Of a DNA stretch of 64,000 bases, positions 1 through 10,153 are shown in pieces (position 1 is the first letter of the stretch; each line of letters opens with the position of its first letter). The notes under the pieces are model-generated. The model searched no databases, was not told where the DNA came from, and saw only the letters and a program-made list of their open reading frames with translations. The translations under genes were made by a program, and so were the position numbers. Origin of the DNA: an uncultured bacterium (GTDB lineage Bacteria; Babelota; Babeliae; Babelales; JABCYS01). The stretch spans positions 160,001 to 224,000 of the forward strand of contig CAVPKK010000007.1 in assembly GCA_963705705.1 (NCBI GenBank). Reading direction: 5' to 3'.

Positions 1-2
1 AC

Positions 3-1766
3 TTTGCCATCATAGCCCATATCGATCATGGCAAATCCACTCTATCCGATCGCCTGCTTGAAGTTACAGGCACCATATCGACCCGCGAAAAAGCAGAACA
101 GTTTCTAGACAAGCTGCAAGTAGAAAAAGAGCGCGGTATCACCGTCAAAGCCCAATCGGCTTCGATGTTTTATGAATACAACGGCTCTACTTACCTATTA
201 AATCTGATCGACACCCCAGGGCACGTAGATTTTTCTTACGAAGTTTCTCGCTCATTATATGCCTGCCAGGGTGCAGCCCTATTGGTCGATGCCACCCAGG
301 GCGTACAGGCGCAGACCATGGCAAACTTTTATCTAGCCTTTGAACAAGATCTTGCCATCATCCCCGTGATCAACAAAGTGGATATGCTATCGGCCGACAC
401 GCCGCGCGTAGCCAAAGAGCTCTACACATTATTCGATTTTCAAGAAAAAGAATTGCTGCTGACCTCGGGCAAAACCGGTATTGGTATTGCTGATTTCCTT
501 GCCGGCATCATCAACCGTATCCCAGCGCCAGTCGGCTCACGAGATTTGCCGCTCAAAGCCCTTCTATTTGATTCTTGGTATGACGATTATCGTGGTGTGG
601 TCTGTTTAGTCGCGCTCAAAGATGGCATATTGCGAAAAGGGGACGTTATCACCCTAGCCGCAGCGTCAGCAACCTACGAAGTATTAGAACTCGGGCTTAT
701 GTATCCTGAAATGATGCCAACTGATGTGCTGTATGCCGGCCAAGTTGGCTACGTGATCACCGGCATGAAGACGGTACGCGAGGCACGCGTTGGCGATACG
801 TTATATCATGCCAAAAAGACCGTCGTTCCGTTTCCTGGGTTTAAACCGGCCAAGCCCATGGTATTTGCTGGGATTTATCCGGTCGAAAATACTGAGTTTG
901 GCTTACTCAGTGATGCCATTGAAAAATTAACATTGAATGATGCGAGCGTTACGGTTGAAAAAAAATCATCTAATGCCCTTGGCCTTGGTTTTAGATGCGG
1001 ATTCCTTGGTTTGTTGCATATGGATGTGTTCAAGCAGCGGTTAGAACAAGAATATAACCTCGATGTAATTGCCACATCACCGAGCGTGCGCTACCAGCTC
1101 AAAATGACTAATGGTGACGTGATCGATTGCGAAAATCCGTCAGACTTTCCAGATCCGGCGCGTATTGATGAAGTCCGCGAGCCTATGATCAACGGCACCA
1201 TGATTTTACCCAAAACATATTTGGGCGGCATTTTAAAGTTGTGCGAAGAAAAGCGCGGAACACAAATCGATATGCGATTCTTGGAAGCTGATCGACTCAT
1301 CCTAAAATATTCATTACCGCTCAACGAAGTGGCAACCGATTTCTACGATCAGCTCAAATCGCTCTCGGCCGGCTATGCCAGCTTTGATTATGAAGAGTCT
1401 GGTTATGTAGCAAGCGATTTAGTAAAAATGGATATTCTTTTGAATGGCAAAGCAGTCGATGCGTTGGCCTTCATTGTGCATGAAGAGAAATCCTACTACG
1501 CAGGCAAAGAGATCGTCGCCAAATTACGTAGCGTTATCCCACGGCAGCTTTTCGAAGTGGCCATCCAAGCTGCCATCGGCGCGCGCATCATTGCCCGTGA
1601 ATCTGTTTCTGCATTGCGCAAAAACGTAACAGCTAAATGTTACGGCGGTGATATTACGCGAAAACGTAAGTTACTCGAGAAACAAAAAGCCGGTAAGAAG
1701 CGTATGAAACAGGTGGGCTCAGTCGAAGTGCCGCAAGAAGCATTCCTCACCATTTTGAAGAAATAG
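3..1766 (+). CDS. lepA: Elongation factor 4 (LepA), 5'-truncated by window edge
   Basis: Frame is open from nt 3 (FAIIAHIDHGKSTLSDRLLE); DTPGH, NKVD, GFRCGFLGLLH and KCYGGDITRKRKLLEKQK motifs are present. Confidence 0.98.
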   Translation, partial: FAIIAHIDHGKSTLSDRLLEVTGTISTREKAEQFLDKLQVEKERGITVKAQSASMFYEYNGSTYLLNLIDTPGHVDFSYEVSRSLYACQGAALLVDATQGVQAQTMANFYLAFEQDLAIIPVINKVDMLSADTPRVAKELYTLFDFQEKELLLTSGKTGIGIADFLAGIINRIPAPVGSRDLPLKALLFDSWYDDYRGVVCLVALKDGILRKGDVITLAAASATYEVLELGLMYPEMMPTDVLYAGQVGYVITGMKTVREARVGDTLYHAKKTVVPFPGFKPAKPMVFAGIYPVENTEFGLLSDAIEKLTLNDASVTVEKKSSNALGLGFRCGFLGLLHMDVFKQRLEQEYNLDVIATSPSVRYQLKMTNGDVIDCENPSDFPDPARIDEVREPMINGTMILPKTYLGGILKLCEEKRGTQIDMRFLEADRLILKYSLPLNEVATDFYDQLKSLSAGYASFDYEESGYVASDLVKMDILLNGKAVDALAFIVHEEKSYYAGKEIVAKLRSVIPRQLFEVAIQAAIGARIIARESVSALRKNVTAKCYGGDITRKRKLLEKQKAGKKRMKQVGSVEVPQEAFLTILKK

Positions 1767-1787
1767 TAACCAGGGCGCGCCCTGGCG

Positions 1788-1881
1788 AAGTCCGACATAG
1801 CTCATCTTTCCGCTTTGATCCTTCGATAAACTCAGGATGAGCGGACTTGAGTCAAGCTTTGCGATTAAAGTGTCGGCGGAA
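1788..1881 (+). repeat. Palindromic REP/RPE-like element, long form
   Basis: aagtccgacatagctcat..cgctttgatccttcgataaactcaggatgagcgg..agtcaa..gtcggcggaa aligns with the copy at 46832-46924; preceded by perfect palindrome ccagggcgcgccctgg (1770-1785). Confidence 0.85.
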
Positions 1882-2013
1882 CCCGCGTAGCATCCAAATT
1901 CTCCGTAGGCAGTTAAATTAGCTTTTAAAGTTTCGATCGCCCGACACGTATGGTTGAGTTGCCTCAATTGATATGGTACGGTTAGCGGAATGAAAAATTT
2001 AAAAGAGGAAGCC

Positions 2014-3099
2014 ATGCAAGCCAATCCGGTACCACAAACACCACGTCAAGAAGATATTGTATTCTCTGGCAATATTTTTATTTTTTACGCATTCGACGTA
2101 GGTGAAGATATTAACTTAGATGCCCTTCGCCAATCAGGTGTAGTGACACCGGTACCCGTAACACTGCCAAAATATTTCAAAAACTATCATGCGCCGCTTT
2201 CAATTGAATTACCACAACCCAATGTGGGATCACGTTGCGTAAGTGCAAAAATTCATCATTTCGGCGCCTTTTCATTGACTTATCAAATTCCTTTCACCAG
2301 CACACTTGAAGCAATCCGCAAGCGTATTAATGGGATGGATACTACCTTCCGCCGCCAGAGCGCCAGCGATGCAGCAAGTATTTATCGCAAGGTGAAAGAT
2401 TATATTAAGCAGGCGCACTTCTTTCATTTACGCTCATCGTATCTAGTGATTCAGATTGATCCGATGCCGGATTTAATTAATGTGGTCGATCTAAAGAATA
2501 AATATGGCGGCACTATTGCTAGCATGCTACGTTTTGAAACGGAAAGCCTGTCTGAGTTTCAGAAGAATGACATTCTTGAATCGGCGACTGGGTATTACCG
2601 TGGCGATCTAATTATCATCGATACTGAAGCTGCCTTTGTGTACGATGCCGAATATTATGAAATTTTGGATCTGTTTGAATTCGCCAACTTGCACAAGCTT
2701 GAGCTTAACTATTTCGACCGCGTGTTGGATCAGCAATTAAATATGGTTTATGAAAAGCGTGCGATTACCCCAGCTTGGACTGACTATTTACCATTCATTA
2801 GCGTCAGCGATCCAATTGGTGACTTAGGCCGATTACGTGCAGATATTTCGGTGATTGCAGAACGGTTGGAAAGCAGTATCAAATTCGCCGGCGAGCCATA
2901 TTACACGGAAATCTACGGTTTATTGGCCGACAAATTGGATCTGCGTAGTTGGAAAGAAAGTATTGAAAAGAAGATGTCGATCATCGGCGAAATCCGCGCC
3001 GTCTACTACAATAAGATCGATGTCATTCGCGAAGATTTACTCTCGGTACTTATTATTATGCTAATCTTTATTGAGATAATGGTTGCGATCTGGAAGTAG
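2014..3099 (+). CDS. Hypothetical protein, possibly RMD1/DUF155-like, with C-terminal TM helix
   Basis: Long ORF (track start 1990; ATG 2014 follows gagg); C-terminus LLSVLIIMLIFIEI resembles the DUF155/RMD1 tail. Confidence 0.55.
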   Translation: MQANPVPQTPRQEDIVFSGNIFIFYAFDVGEDINLDALRQSGVVTPVPVTLPKYFKNYHAPLSIELPQPNVGSRCVSAKIHHFGAFSLTYQIPFTSTLEAIRKRINGMDTTFRRQSASDAASIYRKVKDYIKQAHFFHLRSSYLVIQIDPMPDLINVVDLKNKYGGTIASMLRFETESLSEFQKNDILESATGYYRGDLIIIDTEAAFVYDAEYYEILDLFEFANLHKLELNYFDRVLDQQLNMVYEKRAITPAWTDYLPFISVSDPIGDLGRLRADISVIAERLESSIKFAGEPYYTEIYGLLADKLDLRSWKESIEKKMSIIGEIRAVYYNKIDVIREDLLSVLIIMLIFIEIMVAIWK

Positions 3100-3982
3100 C
3101 CAGGGCGCGCAGAAAAACCGATCTCTTATACCCATTCTGATGACCAGTCGTGATTTCCGAAGGCAATACTGCTAACCAGTTGCCTGGTTCCTTATGGCTA
3201 TTAATTATTTCTTGATGCTTGGCGAAGAATTTAGCTGCGGCAATAATATCATCAGGCGAGCTATATTGAGCTGCAAATCTATCTGCTGCTTTTTCTTCAC
3301 GAAATTTCCAGGCCGCATTCATGGTGTAGGTGTACACCAAATCATAGAAGCCTCCCACAATCACACCAGCCGCTATAGCCAGTAATCCATTGATATGCAC
3401 AACCATCATTGCTGCATAAATACCGCAAAAAGCGGCCAATGATCCAATAATAAAAGATCCAAAGAGTTTTTTCTGAGAAAAATTATTAACGATGTGGCCA
3501 AGCTCGTGCTTAAATATGAAACGTTCTGCGGCCGGATTTAAGGCTTCTTTAATACCAGAGAGCCGCAACTCTTGTGTCTTGGAAATCGCTGGCTTGATAT
3601 GCAGATCAAAAATTTGTTTCACTTTCAACGCTTCGGAGTCTTGAATATCCCATAAGACTGGATCAACAATGACCATATTATTTACCATCATGGCAATCTG
3701 TTCGTTGGTATAGGCATATCGCACATTGATGTCATCTGGATTAACCTCGCACTCTCTCATAAGCGTATTGAATTTAGCCTGGTATTCAGCGGTAGGCACA
3801 AATTTTAATGAGCTCTCAAGAGCCTTTGCTTGTCGCCAATTAAGGTACCAAATGTATAACCCGACCATAAGCGAACAGGCAATGATTCCGGTTGTATGCG
3901 CGAATAGTGACGGATATACGAAATAAAGAACAATGACGGGTACGGAAAGATTTATGGTGCCGATTAGTTGTTGTTTGAACAT
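3068..3982 (-). CDS. Membrane zinc metalloprotease, M48-like
   Basis: HELGH zincin motif, downstream EEKAADRFA, several TM segments. Start moved to 3982 because the track's N-terminal extension runs through a repeat element. Confidence 0.75.
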   Translation of the reverse strand: MFKQQLIGTINLSVPVIVLYFVYPSLFAHTTGIIACSLMVGLYIWYLNWRQAKALESSLKFVPTAEYQAKFNTLMRECEVNPDDINVRYAYTNEQIAMMVNNMVIVDPVLWDIQDSEALKVKQIFDLHIKPAISKTQELRLSGIKEALNPAAERFIFKHELGHIVNNFSQKKLFGSFIIGSLAAFCGIYAAMMVVHINGLLAIAAGVIVGGFYDLVYTYTMNAAWKFREEKAADRFAAQYSSPDDIIAAAKFFAKHQEIINSHKEPGNWLAVLPSEITTGHQNGYKRSVFLRALATSRSQPLSQ

Positions 3983-4038
3983 GATGTGATTTTTTTTAAT
4001 GAAAAATTTAATTATTAACGAGTGTATTAAGTCAATCG

Positions 4039-4083
4039 TGCGCTCTGATTCTTCGATCAACTCAGAATGAGCGCATTCAAGTC
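4039..4083 (+). repeat. Palindromic REP/RPE-like element, short form
   Basis: tgcgctctgattcttcgatcaactcagaatgagcgcattcaagtc. Confidence 0.85.
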
Positions 4084-4134
4084 GTGCTGATTTCTTGGAC
4101 AGAATCATTAATAGATAAAACTACCCCAATATCA

Positions 4135-4623
4135 TTAGGTTGCCACTGAGACTTTAGCAGGCCTCAATACATCGCCTTTAAAGGTGTAACCCTTTTGCAG
4201 CACCTTGACGATCGAACCAGAAATATGATCCGGAGATTCCACTTGCATCACGGCTTCGTGGATTTGAGGATTGAAGATCTCACCGTCTTTGATTTCTTGC
4301 ACGTCATATTTTTGTAAAAGCTTTTTCAATTCTTTGCTGGTCATTTCAAATCCGGCAAGCCAGGAGTTAAACTCGGATGTTGCAGGATGTTGATGCGCAG
4401 TTTCAAGTGCGCGGTCAAAATCATCAACAATCGTTAAAAGGTCATTAAGGATAATTGACTGATTTGATTTGGCCCATTGTGCTTTTTCTTTATCCGTACG
4501 CCTTTTATAATTCTCAAAGTCGGCGCTTATGCGCAATGCGCGATCTTTCCAAGCGTGCAGTTCTTCCTGACAAGCCGATACGGGATCAATAGATGAAGAA
4601 TTAATATTTTCTGTTTCAGACAT
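4135..4623 (-). CDS. grpE: Nucleotide exchange factor GrpE
   Basis: ADFENYKRR, FNPQIHEAV and LQKGYTFKGDVLRPAKVSV motifs. Confidence 0.97.
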   Translation of the reverse strand: MSETENINSSSIDPVSACQEELHAWKDRALRISADFENYKRRTDKEKAQWAKSNQSIILNDLLTIVDDFDRALETAHQHPATSEFNSWLAGFEMTSKELKKLLQKYDVQEIKDGEIFNPQIHEAVMQVESPDHISGSIVKVLQKGYTFKGDVLRPAKVSVAT

Positions 4624-4748
4624 TTTATTCGCTCGTATTTCGAAAATTTAACATTCAATTAGAATGAGGCGGTTGATGGCCTTGTTCACCTTTCTTCAAA
4701 GGTAGAGCTAGTATAGCCCAAAATTTCAATCTCTCTAAAGGGTTCTTC

Positions 4749-6035
4749 ATGCTAAAAAAGGGGTTCGTCCTCCTCCTGCTTTGCTCTTCCTCCGTGTTTG
4801 CAGGGCTGGATAACTACCATTTCTACCAGGCAAACAGATTTTGGGGCGAACCCCACTTTGAGCGGCCCTGGCTGAGCAGTTTTAATGTCTTTGTAGGCGG
4901 CGGGCATGCCACCCTATCCCGAAATAGTTGCGGGGAGAAAACCCCTCTTTTCAATATGTATGGCCCATTTGATCTCCAGCATCTTGCCCAAGGGGTGCCC
5001 CTGGACCCCCAAAATCCTATAGACCTGCTCCTCCTTGAACTGAATGAACTCCCAAATAACGATGGTTTTGGCAAGGTACTATATGGGGGAGATGTAAGCT
5101 TCCACACCGCTATATTTGATATATGCCAGAATTTTAGGTATGGCCTCTATGTGCATGCAGAACTACCAGTTCGAAGCTTTCATATACACCCAAATATGCT
5201 ACGCGACCTTTCGCCTACTTCGGGATTTCCTAATGCCCAAAATCCATTATGGCGCGAACTATTGATAAACCTCAACCCGATTTTGAAAAAGTTTGATCTT
5301 ACAACAGCGCCGCATCATAAACGATGGTTTGGCGATCTTAATATTGCGCTCGGATGGGCTAAGAATTATCAAGAGACTGAATATTTAGATTTCGTAGACT
5401 TCTCGTGCGAGGCTGGCTTCCTTTTTCCAACCTGCAAAGCACTAGACCCCCATTATGTGTTCGATCTAAGCACCGGCAATAACCATCATTGGGGTGGTGG
5501 CATCATAGGCCAAACCTCAATTGGGATGTGGGAATGGCTGACTATAGGCGGATCATCAGGTGCTCTATTCCTGGCGGATCGCACAGCGGTCCAGCATGTT
5601 TTTACGGGAACTGAGCAGAATGGATTGATCAAGCTTGCCCAAGCGGAGGTAAATGATGTGCCTGGCATACGCTGGCATGTAAGCACCTTTATTAAAGGGG
5701 ATCATTTTAGTGAGGTATTTTCATTCATTTTGGGCTATTCCTACAATCGCAAAGAACGAGATCGTGCCCATATTGAATCCCCGCTGGCAGTTAGCGATAA
5801 GGGAGTAAATGAAGATGCATGTGAAAAACCGGGAATTGCCCTGCTGCATAAAGACCAAGCTTTCGCCCCTTGGGATAGGCATACCATCCATGTGCAGTTC
5901 GAACTAGATTTTGCCAAAGAGCAACGCCTCTGGCACCCGCATGTTTATTTTTCCTATGATCACCCGGTTGGCGGCCATCGGATCTTCCAACTCAGCGTCG
6001 GCGGTGCCACATTCGGCATGGATTTAACCTGGTAA
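4749..6035 (+). CDS. Exported protein, putative outer-membrane beta-barrel
   Basis: Signal peptide (..SSSVFA), aromatic/Gly-rich alternating strands, C-terminal Trp. Confidence 0.5.
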   Translation: MLKKGFVLLLLCSSSVFAGLDNYHFYQANRFWGEPHFERPWLSSFNVFVGGGHATLSRNSCGEKTPLFNMYGPFDLQHLAQGVPLDPQNPIDLLLLELNELPNNDGFGKVLYGGDVSFHTAIFDICQNFRYGLYVHAELPVRSFHIHPNMLRDLSPTSGFPNAQNPLWRELLINLNPILKKFDLTTAPHHKRWFGDLNIALGWAKNYQETEYLDFVDFSCEAGFLFPTCKALDPHYVFDLSTGNNHHWGGGIIGQTSIGMWEWLTIGGSSGALFLADRTAVQHVFTGTEQNGLIKLAQAEVNDVPGIRWHVSTFIKGDHFSEVFSFILGYSYNRKERDRAHIESPLAVSDKGVNEDACEKPGIALLHKDQAFAPWDRHTIHVQFELDFAKEQRLWHPHVYFSYDHPVGGHRIFQLSVGGATFGMDLTW

Positions 6036-6165
6036 TCTGGACCCACTAGAGCATTCATATTGAACCTAATCCCCGATCCATTTTGCATATCCAGATCAAA
6101 ATGATAAAATACCAGCCAATGAAATATTATCATTCATCTAATGGAATATAAAAATAAGGCGATGT

Positions 6166-7392
6166 ATGTTCTTTAAACGAAATATTATTGATGAAATCCT
6201 GCGTGCCTTAAAAAGATCACCCGCCATACTTATAGGCGGCGCGCGTCAGGTTGGTAAAACTAGTTTATTGAAAAAGATGGGTGGGCCACTTAGCTACAGT
6301 TATACCACGCTTGATGATTTGGAATCCCGTTCATACGCATTAGAACATCCAAAAGATTTTATTGAAACATTAACAAAGCCAGCCATTATCGATGAAGTAC
6401 AGCGAGCGTCAGATTTACCGTTGGCGATTAAAAAAGATATCGATGAGCATCGCATTCCTGGTAGATATGCACTTGCAGGATCCACCAACCCAATACTGCT
6501 TCCCAAATTGTCGGATGCATTGGTCGGCCGCATGGCTATTCTTCGCATGTATCCGCTTTCCCAAGGTGAACTGATTGGTCACAAAGAAACTTTTATTGAG
6601 CAACTGTTTTCCGACAAACCTACATTCAAATTTTCCACTTTAAGCAAGCAAGAGGTCTGCCAAAAAATGGTGATGGGCGGTTACCCTTCAGTTCAAGGGC
6701 TTTCAGAAAAGGATCGTGAAAACTGGTTCAAGGATTATCTTGATACTATTTTGCAGCGTGATGTGCAGGAACTCTCGCGCATCGAAGGGTTAACTGATAT
6801 GCCCAAATTATTACAACTCATTGCTGATCGGGTAGGTAATATTTTGAATGTTGCCTCTATTCGTGATGATGCCAAATTGTCTACGGCAACGATGCATCGT
6901 TACATTACATTGCTCGAAAAAGTTTTTTTAATTGTTTTTCAACCTTCATGGAGCAATAATTTCGGCACGCGCGTTATTAAATCGCCAAAAGTATATTTCG
7001 TTGATACTGGATTGCTTACGGGATTATTGCGCATGAATGTAGAACGATTAGCTTCATCAACACACATTGGTAAGGTTTTAGAAAATTTTGTGGTTCAAGA
7101 GCTGTTAAAGCAGATGTCGTGGGCCAGCATCAATGTGAGCGGCTACTATTTTAGAACGGTCAGCAATATAGAAATTGATATTGTATTGGAAAATACGATG
7201 GGTGAACTTGTCGCAATTGAAGTTAAGGCAGCTACATCAGTATCGCAACGCGATATTCATGGTATACGGTATTTTAAAGAACAAATGGGCGCCAATTTTA
7301 AACGCGGGATTGTACTTTATTTGGGCGATCACATCATACCGTTTGAAAAAAATATTGAAGCCATACCAATTTCATCACTATGGGAATCATAG
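6166..7392 (+). CDS. AAA_14 ATPase with DUF4143-like C-terminal domain
   Basis: GARQVGKT Walker A, IIDEVQ Walker B, GGYP, KSPKVYFVDTGL and EIDIV..AIEVK motifs. Confidence 0.9.
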   Translation: MFFKRNIIDEILRALKRSPAILIGGARQVGKTSLLKKMGGPLSYSYTTLDDLESRSYALEHPKDFIETLTKPAIIDEVQRASDLPLAIKKDIDEHRIPGRYALAGSTNPILLPKLSDALVGRMAILRMYPLSQGELIGHKETFIEQLFSDKPTFKFSTLSKQEVCQKMVMGGYPSVQGLSEKDRENWFKDYLDTILQRDVQELSRIEGLTDMPKLLQLIADRVGNILNVASIRDDAKLSTATMHRYITLLEKVFLIVFQPSWSNNFGTRVIKSPKVYFVDTGLLTGLLRMNVERLASSTHIGKVLENFVVQELLKQMSWASINVSGYYFRTVSNIEIDIVLENTMGELVAIEVKAATSVSQRDIHGIRYFKEQMGANFKRGIVLYLGDHIIPFEKNIEAIPISSLWES

Positions 7393-8946
7393 ACCTTCTT
7401 CTTCGCGCAATTCACGCAAGCGCTTATCTTCTAATCGGCGAATTTGTTCTCGTTCCCTGATCTCTTGCCATTCGCGATCTTCGCGTGCTTTTTGTTCGCG
7501 GGCAGTTTTTTCTGCCATAGTCTCTTTTCCTTCCTTCTCCTCTTTTTCTTTACTGCCAGACGATGTTTGGATTCGCTGCAACACACGAGCAGTTTCTTGA
7601 GCGGTTACCCGCGGTTCAACGGCATATGCATAGTCGAGTAGCGTTTTGAGCAGCAGCCCATGTAATCCACCTTCGGCGCCAATTGCAGCTGATATAACAC
7701 TTAGACCGTCTGCGTTTGTAGTAAAGAGCATCTGTTGCATTTGCGGAATTCCGCGATCAAAAAGTATCAAAAACATTTTGGTGTACTTCAGTTCGGCACG
7801 TGCTGCTTCCTGTTTCTTTGTTTCGTCACTCAAGTCTGGACTATTGTTTATCTCTTCAATCTTTTTACTTAATGCGCTAACAATTGCATGCAGTATATTA
7901 TTGCCATTGGCATCTCGTATTGTGGCAATATTTAGATACGTGTATAGGTTTTCATCTCCCATAGTATCATATCCTATTGGCACTATAGGCTGCGTCAGGA
8001 GCTCTTTCAGCATTTTCCGGAACATTGTTTCATTCTCAGACCTAATCGCATTAAGGAATTCATATTCAAATGCTTCCTGTCTGCGATCCTTGAAATAAGA
8101 ATGAACGTTAGATTTTAAGTTTAATTTCTTTCGCAGCTCTTGTTCACCTAATGGTATCGGATTGTTGTATATATAAAGCTCTTGCAGATGGTTTAACTGT
8201 CCAAAATCGGGAACCGCTGTCTGTACAGTGATTAAAATCTTATTGCCATCAAGCTTTAGTCGCGTAAGAGATGTAAGTTTGTTCAAACTTACGGGTAATG
8301 TAGTAAGACGATTGTTATGTAGCTCTAGCCATTGAAGATTGTGCATATTAAAAATGAAAGCGGGTATTTCGGTAATCTGATTTTGCCCCATATAAAGTCG
8401 TACAAGATTTGGCAATAATGTGCCAATAATTGGCGGAATTTCATCGAACAAGTTGTTAGATAGTAGCAATGAACGGAGATCCTCACGTATGCCGGGAACT
8501 TCATCAATCCCTTCAAGTGATGTTAAACCAAGACCACTGAGCTGAATCATGCGTCCGACTTGAACTTCTCTATCAACATACGGTTTGTGTTCGGGGATGC
8601 CCAATTGCTCATCGCCATTGTAATACTGCCGGAAGGTTATCGGCCGGCCAAACCGATACTGCTCGTAACCAGGAACTTCTGGTATCTCTTGTTGTGCCTC
8701 TCGAACCTCTACTTGTTGAGGTTGTTCAGTGCGTCGATTGATTTCCTCAAGCATCATCATTTCTTGAAAATCGTCTTCAAGCCCAGGAAACATTTGCTCT
8801 TCTGTTAGAAGATCATCAACTAATTCTTCTTCTGAAAGATTTTCCAGTTCCTCAAGAAATCGTTCTTCTTCAGCCCTTGGATTCATTGCCTGTGCTGAGC
8901 CGGCTAGGGTGAGTAACACTAATAATAAGTTTAGATTGAACTTCAT
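7387..8946 (-). CDS. Secreted leucine-rich repeat protein with ankyrin-like remnants and charged coiled-coil tail
   Basis: Signal peptide (..GSAQA), 5-6 LxxLxLxxN repeats, DANGNNILHAIV and NADGLSVISAAI segments. Confidence 0.8.
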   Translation of the reverse strand: MKFNLNLLLVLLTLAGSAQAMNPRAEEERFLEELENLSEEELVDDLLTEEQMFPGLEDDFQEMMMLEEINRRTEQPQQVEVREAQQEIPEVPGYEQYRFGRPITFRQYYNGDEQLGIPEHKPYVDREVQVGRMIQLSGLGLTSLEGIDEVPGIREDLRSLLLSNNLFDEIPPIIGTLLPNLVRLYMGQNQITEIPAFIFNMHNLQWLELHNNRLTTLPVSLNKLTSLTRLKLDGNKILITVQTAVPDFGQLNHLQELYIYNNPIPLGEQELRKKLNLKSNVHSYFKDRRQEAFEYEFLNAIRSENETMFRKMLKELLTQPIVPIGYDTMGDENLYTYLNIATIRDANGNNILHAIVSALSKKIEEINNSPDLSDETKKQEAARAELKYTKMFLILFDRGIPQMQQMLFTTNADGLSVISAAIGAEGGLHGLLLKTLLDYAYAVEPRVTAQETARVLQRIQTSSGSKEKEEKEGKETMAEKTAREQKAREDREWQEIREREQIRRLEDKRLRELREEEGL

Positions 8947-8955
8947 AGTTTCCTT

Positions 8956-9390
8956 TTAAGTTGGTAATAATGATTCTAATTTTCGTTTAATGCGTTTAAA
9001 GAAATAATGTGCCGCTTTAACGGCGTCCTGCGTTTCATTTGTGTCATTTTTTTGCTCTTGTGAAAGCACGTCAATAGCCGTATTGGCATAATCCATATGC
9101 ATGCGATTCAATGAACCTGCAAGATGTTCAATGTCTTCGGGCGAATAGGCATTTTGATGGCTGGCGAGTGCTTGTATTGAGCTATCGAGGGTAATAAGGC
9201 CGTCGATAAAGGTATCTTGTGCAAATTCGTTTTGGTTTTTTCTTAAGTCGTACCAAAGAGAAACGCAGCAACTATAGGCGGATTTATAGGCAGATTCAGG
9301 CAATGCTTGTTCGGGATGCAAGCGAACTGAGGCGTTCATGCTTCCCCAAATAAAAATAGTTAAAAAAATAAGCGTTAAAAACTGTTTCAT
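8956..9390 (-). CDS. Small exported hypothetical protein
   Basis: MKQFLTLIFLTIFIWGSMNA signal peptide, gaagg RBS upstream. Confidence 0.65.
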   Translation of the reverse strand: MKQFLTLIFLTIFIWGSMNASVRLHPEQALPESAYKSAYSCCVSLWYDLRKNQNEFAQDTFIDGLITLDSSIQALASHQNAYSPEDIEHLAGSLNRMHMDYANTAIDVLSQEQKNDTNETQDAVKAAHYFFKRIKRKLESLLPT

Positions 9391-9495
9391 TGCCGGGCCT
9401 TCCTTCACCTAAGGGTGGCATAAACAGTTTCTTGCTGTCAATAAATCTATTTTTAATAATAACGAAAGATATGGGCCTTATTTGATTATAGTCAA

Positions 9496-9523
9496 TAAAA
9501 CGGGGAAGCCTTTCGACTTCCCC
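9496..9523 (-). terminator. Rho-independent terminator after ssb
   Basis: ggggaagtc-gaaa-ggcttcccc hairpin followed by gttttatt on the minus strand. Confidence 0.65.
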
Positions 9524-9551
9524 ATACTTCTGTAAAGAAATTAATAAACGA

Positions 9552-10133
9552 TTAAAACGGCAGCTCTTCCTTAAAGGGAGCTTCATCTTGGAAGTTAATA
9601 CCGCCATCGTCGGTTAGTTGTTGTTCAGACCTACCAAATCCGCGTGATGCGGTTGAATCAATCACAGCTGCTTTGCTGATCTTTGCTTTTGTGCGCGCTT
9701 GAACATCATTGATTTGCTTGCTCAAAGCTGGGTCAATCATAGGCTCAGCATCAAGCTTGGTATCTTCCATCCCTGCATCAACTTCTTCTGCAGCGCCGCT
9801 ACCGGCTGATAAGAAGACTACCCGGTCTGCAACGATAGAGTGTTTATTACGGTTTTTGCCATCTGGATCGGTCCAGGTATCGTATTTCAAACGACCTTCG
9901 ATAAGTACCGGACGCCCTTTTTGTAGATATTGGCGGCAGCTTTCAGCTTGTGAGCCCCAAACATCAACATCGATATAACATACTTCTTGGATCATAGTGC
10001 CGCTTGCCTTATTACGGTATTGGCGATTTGATGCCAACCCGAGGCGGCATACTGCTTGGCCTGAGGCAATTTGTTTGTAATCAGGATCACGTGTGAGGTT
10101 GCCCATGATGACGATCCGGTTGTATCCTGCCAT
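9552..10133 (-). CDS. ssb: Single-stranded DNA-binding protein
   Basis: NRIVIMGNLTRDP, KGRPVLIEGRL and acidic C-terminal EELPF. Confidence 0.97.
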   Translation of the reverse strand: MAGYNRIVIMGNLTRDPDYKQIASGQAVCRLGLASNRQYRNKASGTMIQEVCYIDVDVWGSQAESCRQYLQKGRPVLIEGRLKYDTWTDPDGKNRNKHSIVADRVVFLSAGSGAAEEVDAGMEDTKLDAEPMIDPALSKQINDVQARTKAKISKAAVIDSTASRGFGRSEQQLTDDGGINFQDEAPFKEELPF

Positions 10134-10153
10134 TGATCACTCCTGTGAGATTA

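Noticed and set aside
3983..4108. N-terminal extension of the M48-like ORF as a fifth in-frame repeat insertion
   Set aside because: The repeat lies upstream of a more plausible ATG at 3982; the extension is probably just an open frame through the element
6099..6134. aatgataa..ttatcatt inverted repeat upstream of the AAA ATPase as a Fur-like operator
   Set aside because: AT-rich, spacing does not fit a Fur box, and there is only one instance
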